Below are positions 40,585-53,805 of a stretch of DNA of 64,000 nt, in pieces. This DNA is from Bigelowiella natans CCMP2755. Its lineage: Eukaryota; Protista; Cercozoa. How positions within the stretch are numbered: position 1 is the stretch's first letter; the number at the start of each line of letters is the position of its first letter. Below the pieces are notes generated by a model. That model had not been told where the DNA came from and ran no database searches. It saw only the letters and a list, made by a program, of their open reading frames with translations. A program made the translations under genes and the position numbers. The stretch is from contig ADNK01000631.1 in NCBI GenBank assembly GCA_000320545.1, positions 62,717-126,716 on the forward strand, given 5' to 3'.

Positions 40585-41795
40585 TGCAGGTTTCCACTCG
40601 AACTTGATTAATTTTACAAATATTTCAAAAACTACTCAAACCTAAATATAATTTAAGAAATGCTTCACAGTGCAATGTAAAACAGTGATTATTAGCATTC
40701 AAAGAATGGTGCGCACTCTCATCTAAATAAGTCATAACGGCGTGCGCATTTATGCGAACATGTCAGCTCATGATGTATATGGTACACTACGCCAACTTTA
40801 TAGGTTTATGATGACGTTACTGTACATCATGAAAATTGTTTTGAATAGTCTCGTTGTGAGAGCTGAGAGGCACAGCAGGCAACATGTTATTGACAATTGC
40901 AGCATTTGCAAAATGTTTGCATACTGTTGTTTCAGGCGGCATAGCCTTAAGGGCTCTGCCGCGTACCGCCTTATCAGAACATATGTGCTAAATTTGGTAT
41001 ACATGTGTGGGTATGAACAAATATGTATAAAACCACTACATTTGATGTTAAGAACATGTGTATGAATATTATATGAAACTACATATGTTCGTACGTGCGT
41101 ACGCGGCATAGCCATAATGAAGGCTTTGCCAGGCATCGTCGTATCCTAGTCAACACTAGAACAATGCTCTGGCTTGCGTTGATACGAACAATTCTTGAGC
41201 CAATAACATGCCAGCACAGCATGATCGACAGATTTGTGCCATATATGCTTATGGCCAGAATGGTTGCTCCATCATGAAGGAATGTTGTCATTCAATGGCA
41301 ACAATGACTTAACTCGTATCTCTGTATCTGCGCGCCTGCGCAACGTATGTGCCGCGCTGTGGCGACCGTTTTTTCGCGAAGCAGTGCAATGCTCGTTTTG
41401 TTAAATGAGAATGCAAATTTTGCAACACAGAGAAAGGCTGGGTCTTTATAAGTTTAACGAGTCAACAGAATGCATCAGAAACACTTTGGTGCTATACATT
41501 TTACATCCATATGCCCTCTTAATTTCCACAATCGAAAACTATTTAATAATCCAATCCAGATTATCCAAAGCATAGATTAAAAAAAAGATAGGGCGAAGAG
41601 AAAAGGACGAGGAGTCACATAGGCCCATAGATTCGACACTTACCTTTCGAATCTTTGAATGATTATTCCCACTCACTGATAAGTTTGTCTTATTTCACAC
41701 TGTCTAACCCTACTATGTTACGAGAGTGTTACGATAAGAGCGATATTTCCTTCTCTCTGCTTAGAGATGACTATGTAGTAGGAGCAGTGTCCTCC

Positions 41796-42679
41796 TTAAC
41801 TCTCCTGATACCAGGAGACGTGGAAGAATGTTCCAGGTCGCCCAACCTCTGTGTGGAAGGGGAACCCAATGAAACGTGAGGAAAGGATGCCCTCGATTTT
41901 CCCAAGCTTGTTCTGGAGACCCTCAGGATCGGATGGAAGTTTCTCGAGGTCGATGACAGTGTAGGCCACGTTTCCACGTGATAAGTTGATCTGCTGATCA
42001 ATGTTGATGCCCTCCTCCCCTAGGAAAGTGGTGATGGATCCGAGCACTCCCGGGTGGTTCTCGTTGACGATGCAGAGACGGTATGAGTCGGCCTCCTTTG
42101 GCTCTAACCGAGCATCTGGGAAGTTCACCGAATTACGGATAGATCCTAAAGTAGGGAGGAAAAGAAGGAAGACGAATGTTATGCTTGCGCATGTGGGTCT
42201 ATCGTCAAGATGACTGACGTAACAAGGATTCGAACAGTGAGGGCCTGGTTGCAAATACCCGCTGCATTAGTGTGTCTTTCATTACCTGTTTCTAGGAAGT
42301 CAATGATCTGCTCAGCCGCCATCGCAGCAGAGTTTTCTTCTGCTTCAGCTGTGGAAGCTCCAAGGTGAGGAAGGACAAGGTGTTGAGGGTGTCCCATTAG
42401 ATCTGCATCGGCAAAATCGGAAACGTACTTTCCAGTCATCTTGCCGCTTTCGTAGGCAGCGCTAAGATTAGACGAGGGGAAAAGGTGGATTTAAAAATGT
42501 ATCCAATCGTAAGTGCATTTGACATTTTTGTCATTCACAACATTGTAGCATCACTATCACGTACCGCAGAGCAGCGCCATCGACGATCTCACCGCGAGCG
42601 AAGTTGCAGATGCTTACGCCAGGCTTGCACTGCCGACCACAAGCAACAGTCACACTCAGATAAATAAAAGATAATTTGA

Positions 42680-42731
<52 letters not shown>

Positions 42732-44377
42732 CATATAAAATCCTCAAAATGATTATTAATGTGGACAAAATAAAATCCGAGTGAGTGTCATCATCGTTCT
42801 CATAATTATCAGTCCCGACAACACGAACTTGCCGCATCGTCGCCATTCTCATCATATTTTCAGCCCCACAAATTACATTCCAAAACGTTTATACCTCCCG
42901 CACACTACCTACTCCTTGTTTACTACTTATAATACACGAAGACACTATACACACCATGGAAAGAGCCTCTGCATTAATAAGATGATGGGTCTTGTCCTTT
43001 ATATAAGGCACGTGCAAAGAGATGTAGTCAGAAGCCTTGTAAAGCTCTTCGATGTTCTTAGCACGCGTCATCTGGTCGCCAGGAAGACGCCAAGCAGCTT
43101 CGAGCGAGAGTGCAGGATCGTAACCCACAACTTTCATTCCAAGAGACAGAGCTGCTCCAACCACCCTGGTAAGGGAGTTTGTTGAAAATGAGGATAGGAA
43201 GGAGAAGAAAGAAAAAAGTTGGAAGTTAATAAAATAAAACATCGTGAAAAACACGATATCAATGACAAACTTGGAAATAACAGCCAACGATACCTGGAAC
43301 CGATATGTCCGAGACCAATTACTCCAAGAGTCTTTCCAGTGAGTTCTTGGCCAACAAACATTTTCTTGTCCTTTTCAATGCGCTTGGCGATAGCGGCGTA
43401 CTCGCTGTTCTCCTCAGGGATAATGTTGGTCTTTACGTGCTGAATGCCCTCCGAGATGCCACGGGAAGCAAGAAGAAGAGAGCAAATTACGAGCTCCTTG
43501 ACGGCATTAGCGTTGGCTCCTGGGGTATTGAAGACCTACGATGAAACAAAGTTTAGACGCGTCGAGAACAATTGCATGATTACTTATTACATAAAATAAG
43601 AAACCATTTTGTAGGCGTACCGGTATTCCCATCTCCGACATCTTCTCGACTGGAATATTGTTGGTTCCAGCACCGCAGCGGGCAATGGCACGCACAGAAG
43701 GCTTGACCTCTTCAACCTGCAACTTGTGGCTTCGGAGCAGGATAGCGTGGGGTTCGCCTCCGAGCTCGCCATCAGCATCAGCAGAGATCTGAGCAGGCAG
43801 TGATTATGTATATATATGTACCAACACAATACCACAAAATTCAGGATATGAGAGTTGTCAACAAGCATGTGCGCGAGAGTATGACCTTATATTTTCCTTC
43901 TGGGAATTTTTGCAGACCAATCGGAGAGATAGCGTTGAATGTCTGAATGTTGAAGGATGGCCCATCGTAGTCGCTTGCCACGGAAGTCTCAGCAGTTTCC
44001 TGGCGAAGCGAATAGGAAGGATAAAGGAAGTTAGTCGATACCAGGGAGAGACAGACTCTGTAATTAGTGCGCCACCTTGCGCTGCTTAGCTTCCTCAAGG
44101 AGCTTCGACAACATATCGATTTCCTCTGTTACAAAGATACCACGAAGTAACGAAAGCGTTATGCACATAATGAGCATAGCAACAGGATCATGCATTACTG
44201 AAACAATCTCGCTTTTCAAAGCTACACCTCGCCACCCCCTCCTCTAACGCCCACTGAAAATTGAAAGAGAGGGGGGGTATAACCGGTGCTGAAGGATCGT
44301 TTTGCCCCAGTAACAGGGGCAACCCTGAAGGATGCACGGAGGGTGCGCGCTGGGAAACGGCGTAGGGTAGAGAACAT
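41796..44377 (-). CDS. serA: D-3-phosphoglycerate dehydrogenase with C-terminal ACT domain and mitochondrial-type presequence
   Basis: IARCGAGTNNIPVEKM...FNTPGANANAVKELV, GQELTGKTLGVIGLGHIG, DYISLHVP, NFARGEIVD, LPHLGASTAEAEEN, NSVNFP, NENHPGVLGSITTFLGEEGINI. N-terminus MFSTLRRFPARTLRASFRVAPVTGAKRSFST. Confidence 0.95.
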
Positions 44378-45324
44378 GTGTGTTGTGTGTTGTAGGTTAT
44401 GTGTGGAAACTCCCAACGTGGCTCCTATCCCACGGGAATAACCAGGATTTCAAACTAGAAATGTGTAGTTTCATTTTACAAAATACAAAAACTTCCCCTT
44501 ATTCTCATATCCGACATTATTTTAGTTCATTTCCTACACGTTTTTCACCTTTAGATGCCTGATGTGCAGAACCAATTTGTGTCTGACATTCAGTAGTTCA
44601 GACAGCAAGCAGATGACTGGAAATGACCTGGGAAAACATAGTGCGTCAAAATAAACCTGAAGTCATACGAAATTCTTGCAGTCAGTAGCTTTGGCACACG
44701 TGGCTTGCAGATTTTGAATTTCGCCAAAATCTAACAGGAAAGTCTCCAATCCTTCGGCTAACCTTTTGGCTTCAATGAGTGCCGTTGTAGTTTCAATAAT
44801 GTGACACGTTTTACCGTGTCTCAATCAAAAAAATCAATGATTGAAGAAATGATCACGTTTGCATTTGCTCATAAATATTTTGAAACTTCCACGAAGTACC
44901 CTTCATCAAATGTGGAACAAATCCAGACCATTTTATCCTTTTACACATCATCTCCAGGCTACGTGGGCAACATGTTGCGTTCATTTGCGTAGAAACCTCC
45001 ATCGGAATCTGTCACGTCTCTCATGAAATTCACCGGTCGGGGAATAGGCGAATTTTACCTTAAGAGATTTTCTGGTGATTTTTCCTGGAAATCTTCAGAT
45101 CTTTGTGAACAGCTAGCTGAAGCTATTCAAGCTGTTCACACAACTTCGCCGCCTTGAAGGGTTTGACCATTCCGATTCGAAGTCGACTACGACTACATTT
45201 GCATCAATTAGATAGACCTGTGGTGATCGTCTTCCGTTGAACAGATGTGGCCTAGCACAATGGCCAGAATGCCATTCTTGAATTCCTTCTGGTTTTCACT
45301 GGTTAGACCTTACTAAAGTTAGTT

Positions 45325-45960
45325 CGAGGCACTCTAGCACTGCGTCTCGTGCACTGCAAGTGTCTTGCCACGGTTTGTGGAAGTGCAGTTTGTCATCATT
45401 CATGCTGAGTTCATCATTGTTCGTTGATCAATGATTCCTGCATGTCTGAATTGTGGTTCTTGCTCATGCAGTTTGCATCAATGCTTATTTCAATGTTTCC
45501 TGTCACTCATGCCTAGCACCCATCGTTTTCCACCACGTAGTTCAGCGTTCAGTGCCGTGGCCCGCAGATGTGAAACAAAAACTCAAGTTTTCTTGGTGTC
45601 ATTCTGGTTGAGAGATCATGTGATTGAGGAGCAGGATGTGTGACGGTTGGGGCTAGAGCACAGAGGGGGTAGTTGAAAAGCAAACTTTTTCATGTGCACG
45701 TGATGTGCAAATCTAGAGATGCGTGCATTGCACGATTTGCAATGCTTTGCATGCACCGCTAGCTAGGCTAGCGCTAGGCCCGGACCCCCTCCCTCAACTC
45801 AAAAAGAACCTTATCTCCTGCAAAGTCCAGAAGTGTGAGCATGGTGATGCAATGCAATGCAGCACAATGCCACAGTGGCATGATGCAACACAGTGTCGCT
45901 TCGCATTGGGTTGCTTGGCACTACCTTGCACATGCACTGCACGCAATAGGTTGCACGCTA
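45325..45960. other. TpA-depleted, CTAG-retaining patch
   Basis: Manual count: 15 TA in ~636 bp, of which 8 CTAG, 5 CTAH/DTAG and 2 TTAT. Confidence 0.88.
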
Positions 45961-46171
45961 TTTCTAGATTTGCTAACATTCACTACACCTAGATCCACGA
46001 TAAACATGATGATAGCGCTATCATGTATCCAGCTTGCTTGGAAACTAAAAACGAGCTAATGATGACGCCTTGATAATCAATAGACATTTCTCATTGTAGA
46101 TGAGCCATCACTTAATACCTCTGCGAAAGTTGATAATTCCCTTTCAAGACAATCTCATGCCGTAATAAACC

Positions 46172-46357
46172 CTACATGATGTCTCCCAGGCCTGCCAGGT
46201 CGCCAAATTCATTTGCTTTCTGCTTTAGCATTGACTGCTGCCCAGATGGCCTTGCAGCCGCCTTCTGAAATCATTAACAATTCTTCAACAATATCTCTCA
46301 TTCACGAGGGAATAGATTGCTAATCACTTCTCGAAAGCACCCATTTTGATATTACAT

Positions 46358-46400
<43 letters not shown>

Positions 46401-48065
46401 GGGAGAAGGCATGTATACAAAATCTCCTGAAGCATCGAAAGTCAAACAGTTGGTCTCGATTTTTAAAGCTAGATTTAGATTTCGTTCTTGTAAAAAAACG
46501 TGATATTACATTGCCGCTATTCATGCTCGCTTGCAGCGCCTTATCTGCTTCACGCGCTTTCTCTTCCAATACATCCTTTACTTTCTGCAATCTAGGATGA
46601 GAAGAAGAACGAGAGAAAGAGAGAGGGGGGGGGGGGGGGGGGGGGGGGAGATTAGATATTCAGATGTGAAGTTCCGTTACCATAAAAAACTTCATTAAGT
46701 CTTCTTCTCTTCACTTCTTTTTAATTCTCTTTTACTCTTCTCTATTTTACTTATAAAACCAGATGTGGCAATATCAGAAACTTGTCACCTCGAGAACTCC
46801 TCGCGCTCAAGCTCATCGAGTTCATCCTGGATGTACTTAATAGTGTTGTGGATCCGCGGCATCACCACGTAGTCCAAGGCGTTGACTCGACGGTTGGTGA
46901 CCTTAAAAGCATCGTCCAAGACCACCAGCTGGGTTTTTAGCGATGCAAGATCAACAAGGTCCTTCATCACAGCGTAGTAAGCTTTCCGACAGTGCGCTAC
47001 TTGCTGTCCCCCTGCGGAAAGACCCACCAGCTGAACGCTCTCGACATCGCTGCCAGCGCGCTCAAAGATAGGAATTCTGACTCCTGCAATGTTGCCTTCA
47101 CTTGCAGACACCTTAAATGCAGCCTCACTCGGAGTGCTTTGTATCACTTGGTTGCTGTTGCAGTGGAGAATATGAAAGGAGAGAGGAATAAGAGATGGAG
47201 AGGGGAAAGTAATGTTTTTCTTCATGATGATTATAATGAACTGTATGGTTGTGGTACATTATCTATTTGATATGGAATACTACAGGAGAGTGTATCATAA
47301 AAAAAAAGACCAATTGAAAGTAGGAAGGCACCGAAGTTTGTCTCGGAGTCGCAGTGCAATATTTTGTGTGTTTTCACTTCTCTTTTCTCAACATTTATTC
47401 GTATTTCAATGTTTGTTCTGACTTAAATTCCCCAGCAAAGCATATAGCCTTTGTGTGCAATACACCCGCCTGCTGTGTCAATCTTCCAACTCGCTCCTTT
47501 ACCTAGGAAAATAATTTTTGAGATGTGTGTGGAGTAATCTTAACTACTATTCGCTAGAAGGTAAAAGCACAAAGGATTACGATTATAAATGTGAAATGAT
47601 GGTGTTGGTATATTCGTTTTACACATACCGCAAGAATCTTTCTGAGAATTTTTTGGAGAAAACTTTTAATGGCGTCGGCCTTCTTTTTTAAAAGATCGTA
47701 ACCCTTCTTGGCTCCTTTAGCTTTTGCCTTCATTTGCTGCAGCGTCCTAAAATAGAGGCAGTGGAAAGCGTAGAGCAAAGGTACGTGAGCATACCATGTA
47801 CGAATATATATCGCATGCACTCATTCAGAGCATACGTACCCAATGAATAAATATACGAATTCGCACACGCAGACGAACGTACGCATGCATACACACACCC
47901 GCCCACCCACCTGCCCGCCCACACCCACACCCACACCCACACATACACATACACACACACAACGCATTTTCAACTTTTGAACATTTTTAGCTTGTTTCAA
48001 TGAAGATGGTCGTGTCTCACTCACATGCGCGAAGGCATGACTTTGAGGATCTTCTTTCCCGACAT
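46172..48065 (-). CDS. ATP6V1D: V-type H+-ATPase subunit D
   Basis: MPSRM|TLQQMKAKAKGAKKGYDLLKKKADA...GNIAGVRIP...GLSAGGQQV...LVDLASLKTQ...KVTNRRVNALDYVVMPRIHNTIKYIQDELDELEREEFSR. Confidence 0.97.
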
Positions 48066-48532
48066 GTTTTAGTGTTGCGAGATGACGTTCTGGAGTCCAT
48101 ACACGTGGAAAGGGGAATGGGGAGAAGGAAGTGTGAAATGAAGTGTGAAAGGAGGTGTAATATGAGGTGAGCAGCGCATAAAATCATCAAAAAATGTTAT
48201 GTTGCTACCACTTCCACAGGTGCTTCAGACTCCCCCTGCCTGAACGCGAAGAAAATAAAAGCCTGGAAACATGAGATATTATTTAAGGTGGAGAGCGAAG
48301 AACTCTTAACAAGCAGAGACAAATCATGAAGATGCCCTTTATGCCTCAAATTGTTTCGTATCACTTGTATCGGTATTCGCGAAAATTCTGCGAATGAAAG
48401 CACCATTTTGGGAAATGAAGCGCTAGGAGCAACAAACTGGATAATACGACATGCGCAATGCTTTAAAAACATGAACCCTCAAGTAAAAATTCGGTAAGGA
48501 AACTCAAAAATATTCTCTGAGTCCCCCCCTCA

Positions 48533-49204
48533 GTGGCCACCAAGCCAGGAGAGATTGAGAACGCACCAAACGAGGGCAGTCGATTGGGAAATGTAGACAT
48601 TTCGCCAGTCAAGAGAATATATATTTACCTCGAAAGCTTGGCTAAAAATAAAGACGACATCCAATTACCGCTGTATAGCTCAGAAATAGTGGCATTCGAT
48701 ATCCCGAAAAAAATGACTATTCATTCAGAGATTCTGAATCTCCATTGCCGGGGATTCGTGCTAAGATCGGTAAGGAGGAAGGAAGTGGTATTCATTATGA
48801 CGACACGAATTTAGGCATGTCTCTCTTACTTTAAGTGTTCGTGTTGCAAAATGATGTTCGCTGAGACAAATCAATCCTATTTCGTCTAAAATTCCACGAT
48901 ATCGGCATGACGTACAAAGATATTTGAAGGACCATATCGATTCCCGTGGTGGGACGTTGATGATGCACTCACGTTCTTCGTTCTTCCGAATCCAAAGGTT
49001 CGAAGTGTCCTAGCATATTTACTCCTACGACAAGGGAAAATACTAGTCGTCGCTCCGATCTCGCTTATTTTCGTTCAAGCTATTGCTACGATAACACCAA
49101 CACCCAGTCGGAGAATGGCGATTAAGAACGGGCCAGCGACGGGCGCCATTGTGCAAGCAGCAACACACTTATTACATGGCACCTTGACTAACCAAATACA
49201 ATGA
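48533..49204 (+). CDS. Possible hypothetical gene between ATP6V1D and the TPR gene
   Basis: ORF 48533-48814 has a strong donor (g|gtaagg) near 48769. A later open frame reads IFEGPYRFPWWDVDDALTFFVLPNPK. No family recognised. Confidence 0.3.
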
Positions 49205-49382
49205 ACACAGCGAAAGAAATCCAACAAGTACTCAATTCAGATCCAATACTCGAAGTCGATATTGTCGATTGCCTAGAGAGGAAACGGCACATTAAATATT
49301 TGTATTTCTTCATCTTGCCTCTGCGCCTTTCTTCAGTATGAGATCAGTCATCCTGGCTTAGCCTAACTATTACACCAAGCGA

Positions 49383-50633
49383 ATGGCGAAGAAACAAAAA
49401 GGTAAGAAAAAAACAAAGGGTCCCAGGGTCGAGAAGTATTTCGATCTCGGAGACTACTCTATGAAGATCTCTACGAAGCATTCGCGTGCCCAGGTAGTTG
49501 TCGCAGCTCTAAGCAGATTTTCCAGTTTTGTGTGGTTATACTCAGCGCTCTCACGACGTCTTATTTGCGCAGCTTTGGTATAATCGCGGATTACGGTGGT
49601 GCTTTGGTTTCAACCACGAAGAAGCTGTTCGATGCTTCGAAAATGCTCTCAAATTTGACTCGCGATGCCCGATGATCTATTGGGGAATCGGGTATTGTTT
49701 TTCTTTGGATGCTTTTCTTTCTCCTCTTATTCACGGCATGATGGCAATGGTGGTACATGCGAGTATCGTGTAAATATTTGGTGGGCCATGTATGTAAGCA
49801 ATCAATGGCATATGCAAACGATGAGGGATTATGGTGTGATAATCTCTCAGATATGCGAGCGGGTCCAACTATAACAATCCGACCAATCTTGACTCGAAAG
49901 CGGCTTATGAGGCAAGCCACAAGGCCCTTCAACTTAGTACAGAAAGAAAAATCACTAACATAGAGCAACAGATAATAAAAGGGCTGGTCCCAAGGTGTCC
50001 CCCTCCTCCTTTCTTTCCAGTTGTTTATGTTGGCATGGCAGAGAGAAGGCATCACAAAAAGGAATCACCAACATCAACATATGTGTGTTTCCCCCTTATA
50101 ATGCAGCCACAATGCAGTCAACGCTAAAGCACTTTCGTATACTACTGTGGTCGTTCTAGGTATAAGTGGCCACATAGAGATCCAAATGAAGATCATCAAG
50201 GATGGAGCAATGAAATGGACCAGCTTAGAAAAACATACGTTAAATCGATGAGCAAAGCGTAATGAATAACCCACCAAAGTGGCAAATAAAATAAGTTATC
50301 ATCAACAACAACATGATGTGGGGGCCGCGCAGTTAACTTCGGCAAGCTTATGTACCTATATGTGACGATTATTGTAATGACCATCGTCGTAACAGATAAC
50401 TTTCGTTATTAGGTTTGAGAATCATCCTGATAACACAGACGTGGCGTACTTATACATAGAGGCTCTCATGTGCCAAAATGCCTGGAAGCTGTGGGAGACA
50501 GACGAAAGCACGGGGAATAAAATCCGGCCGGAAACCTTTCTTGCAAAAGAGCTTTTGGAGAAACACCTCAAAATTCAACCTAAACATCCAGGCCTCGGTC
50601 ACTTGTACGTGCTCTCTCTCTCTCCCTCTCTCT

Positions 50634-50680
<47 letters not shown>

Positions 50681-50947
50681 TCTCTCTCTTCTCTACATTG
50701 TTTGTGCGTGCATCCGTGCTGCGTGTACGGTGTTCAGAAGAGGGAATTTCAAATACAATGCCTTCCCACCAGCTCCAACACCATATGGATGATGTGTTTC
50801 ATCATCCACGTGTAGTCTGTGAAACGAAGAGTTCTATCATGTTTACTGCTGCTAGTATGCTGGGAGTAGTATTGAATGAAATAGAAATAGAAGGGAAGGG
50901 CCAACGCAAACCAATGCCCCCTCATCCTCATGACACACATAAACACA

Positions 50948-50986
<39 letters not shown>

Positions 50987-52928
50987 ATATCCACATGATG
51001 GAGCTCTCTCCCAATCCCTCGGCAGCATTAACAGTAGCGGACCAATTTGTGGAGGGGGGGGGGATAGTTCCCGACTCAGGACATTTGATCCACATGGCTT
51101 CTCATATTGACATGTGGGTTGGCAACTACAATCGAGCTGTCAGGGCAAATGCTCTCGCATTCAAGACGGACGAGAAGTAAGTAGTACCTCTCGTCGTTTG
51201 TGGAAGCTGGCCAGCTTGGCTGCTGCATCTCTTCTTTTATGCTTAAGATTGTCAACAAACTCTAAATGTCACACTCATCCCTACCGTGGGTTATTTTTAG
51301 AAAAGTCCTTTTGCATTTCTTTTTAACCATTTTCCTTCACAATGTAATTCCAATCCTTCGACTTAACAATCCCATTCATTCACTGCTAGTTCTATGAGAA
51401 CATTTTAACGACCCCCCACCCCCCCCCCCCCCCCCCCCCCCCCTTCCTTATCACTGCTTGTATTTTGGGGATAGATACGTCAAAATCTCTGGGTGTAGCG
51501 GGGGAGTGTACCTTGCATATAGAATGCACAATCTCCATTTTCTAGTTTGGGCAGCCATGTTTGATGGTCAGTCCCGCATGGCTATCAAGTCAGTACCTCC
51601 TCTGTTTGCCTTACTACTCTACTACTACTACCACCACTACTACCACTACTTTCGAATATTATCCTCCACGAGTATCTCACCATTTCAATTGCTGCTACTT
51701 ACTCACTTATCGTGTAGACATGCGCGCGAGATCCAGAGGCAATTAACTGAGCAGGTGCTGAGAGAATCAGGGATGGTACAATACCTCGAGGCGTTCACCA
51801 TACAAATACTCATGGTGTTCATTCGGTTTGGAATGTGGGACAGAATTCTTGCGGAGAAAATTCCGACCGACGAGGAAACCTGGGCAACGCTCATGGCCAC
51901 GACGTACTACGCAAGGGGAATGGCGTTTGCGGCTAAGGGGGAGGTGGAAAAGGCTCAGGCAGAGTATCAACGCTTCAAAAAGATGCTGAACGATAGCCAA
52001 GTGTAATCTTCTCTTTCTCTCTCTCTCTCTTTCCCTCTCTCTTCCTCACCCCCCTCCATTCTTCTAATCACCGCTTTCGTTGTTATTATTAGTTTTTTTT
52101 TATTTTTTTTTAAATAACTTTTTCATTACTCAGTGCTGATCGCTAGTGTGAATCAGGCTTGGAGGGCGCTGGCTGCACAACAACAAGTTGGCGGACCAGA
52201 CTGGAGAGCACGTTGGAATTCTCAACGTTGGTGAGGCACTGCTGCAAGGCGAGATCCTTTACCGCAAGGGCAGCTACCCAGCGGCGTGGAAGATGCTATC
52301 GGAGGCAGTGAAACGCGATCACGCGCTGCCATACGATGAGCCCTGGGGATGGATGCAGCCCACGAGACATGCTCTTGGCGCTCTGCTGTGCGAGCAGAAG
52401 CATTTTGAGAAGGCGCGTCAGGTGTTTGAGGAAGATCTGAAGATGTGGCCGAATAACCTGTGGTCGTTGCACGGCATGGCGGCCTGCGAAAAGCGCCTAG
52501 GAAATGAGAATCTTGCATGCGAATTCTCCAAAAGGTACAAAGTGGCAGCGGCCAGAATGGATGTCCCCATGATCAACGCCTGCTTCTGTGCACGCGGGAG
52601 TGGGATGGAGGACGGGGAGGGCAGGGAAATCGGTTGCAAGGAGAGTGAGAAGGAAGAGCAGGACACAAAAAATGAGGAGGATCCTGGTAGAATGGACAAC
52701 ACTGATGCAGCATGTAAAGGTGATGAAGGAAACAGCGGTACTTCAGCAGTTAAGGCTGATATTTGTGTAGACGACAGTAGCAGCAGCAGCAGTTTGAGAA
52801 AGGTCTACATTAGGGAAGAGGGTAGGGAGAACAGTAGTAGTGGAGATAATGCTGAGGAGGAGGCAAATCCGTCACAGTTATCGCTCACAGATAAGAAGAA
52901 GGAAAAAGAAAATGAAGAATCTCAATAA
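49383..52928 (+). CDS. TPR-repeat protein of an uncharacterised His-rich TPR family shared by bacteria and fungi
   Basis: LWYNRGLRWCFGFNHEEAVRCFENAL...YWGI, HPGLGHL|YIHMMELSP, SGHLIHMASHIDMWVGNY, HNLHFL, IRFGMWD, LPYDEPWGWMQPTRHALGALL, NNLWSLHG, NACFCA. Confidence 0.85.
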
Positions 52929-53805
52929 AATGAATATAACAGAAATAGTAAGCCTTGGATTCATTGGAGTTACGGAAAGGGTTAGTATTGAGAGTGGCAG
53001 TTGCCAGTAGGTCCCGTCAACAGCTCTTACTTCAATAACATCTTTCGTCCACTAATTACGAGCTGAGAGCTATCATCATAGTTCACGACGAGTTCTTAGA
53101 AGACATCATATCATTTCATGTTGCTGATGTAGTATCGGCCTTTCACTATTTTGTCGTTATGCTGCAAACGATATATGTGTCAATCAACATGCATGTCCCG
53201 TTGCCATGTGTGTTATGATGTTAAGCACTTAACAAATACCATAATTCATATATTCATACCTTTGTTACTGGAATATATGTTACCTAATACGCAAATTTAT
53301 GCGTAAAATTGCAGCATGTGAAGGCTGAAGGTCTATTATGTCTGTGCACATTTTGGCTCAAATCACTTTCTAGCTTTGGTTACTATCGATGTAATTAATC
53401 AGCGTTGTACGTCTTGTGCGCCATGATGTGCCTGTGGCGCAACTAGGGGTCCTTTGTTCCAGGAATTATGAGCGTTAATGTCGTACATATCTAGATATGA
53501 TACCGTACTGATATGACGAAATGAACATTTCTGGCCTATCATTTACATTCCAGCATTACTTACAAGCTGGCCTGTGGCCTGAGCTTTTACAATTGAAGCC
53601 GCTTTGTTGAAATATATATTTGCTTGCAACTAATGCACGGCACACACACAATGCACACACACAAACTAGCATGTGCAAAAGTCCTACTGCAGACAGTATT
53701 TTGGCGTCTATCTGCACTACAAAGCCCGAGTGAACAAATCGATCTCGCTGTGGTCCAGCGCTCCGCGAGGAAGTGTTCACAGAATCTGTGACAGATGCAA
53801 GCGAA

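Noticed and set aside
2850-46000. CpG-methylation decay or classical RIP as the cause of the TG/CA-rich patches
   Set aside because: CpG remains common (notably 21365-21915), and TpA is lost rather than gained.
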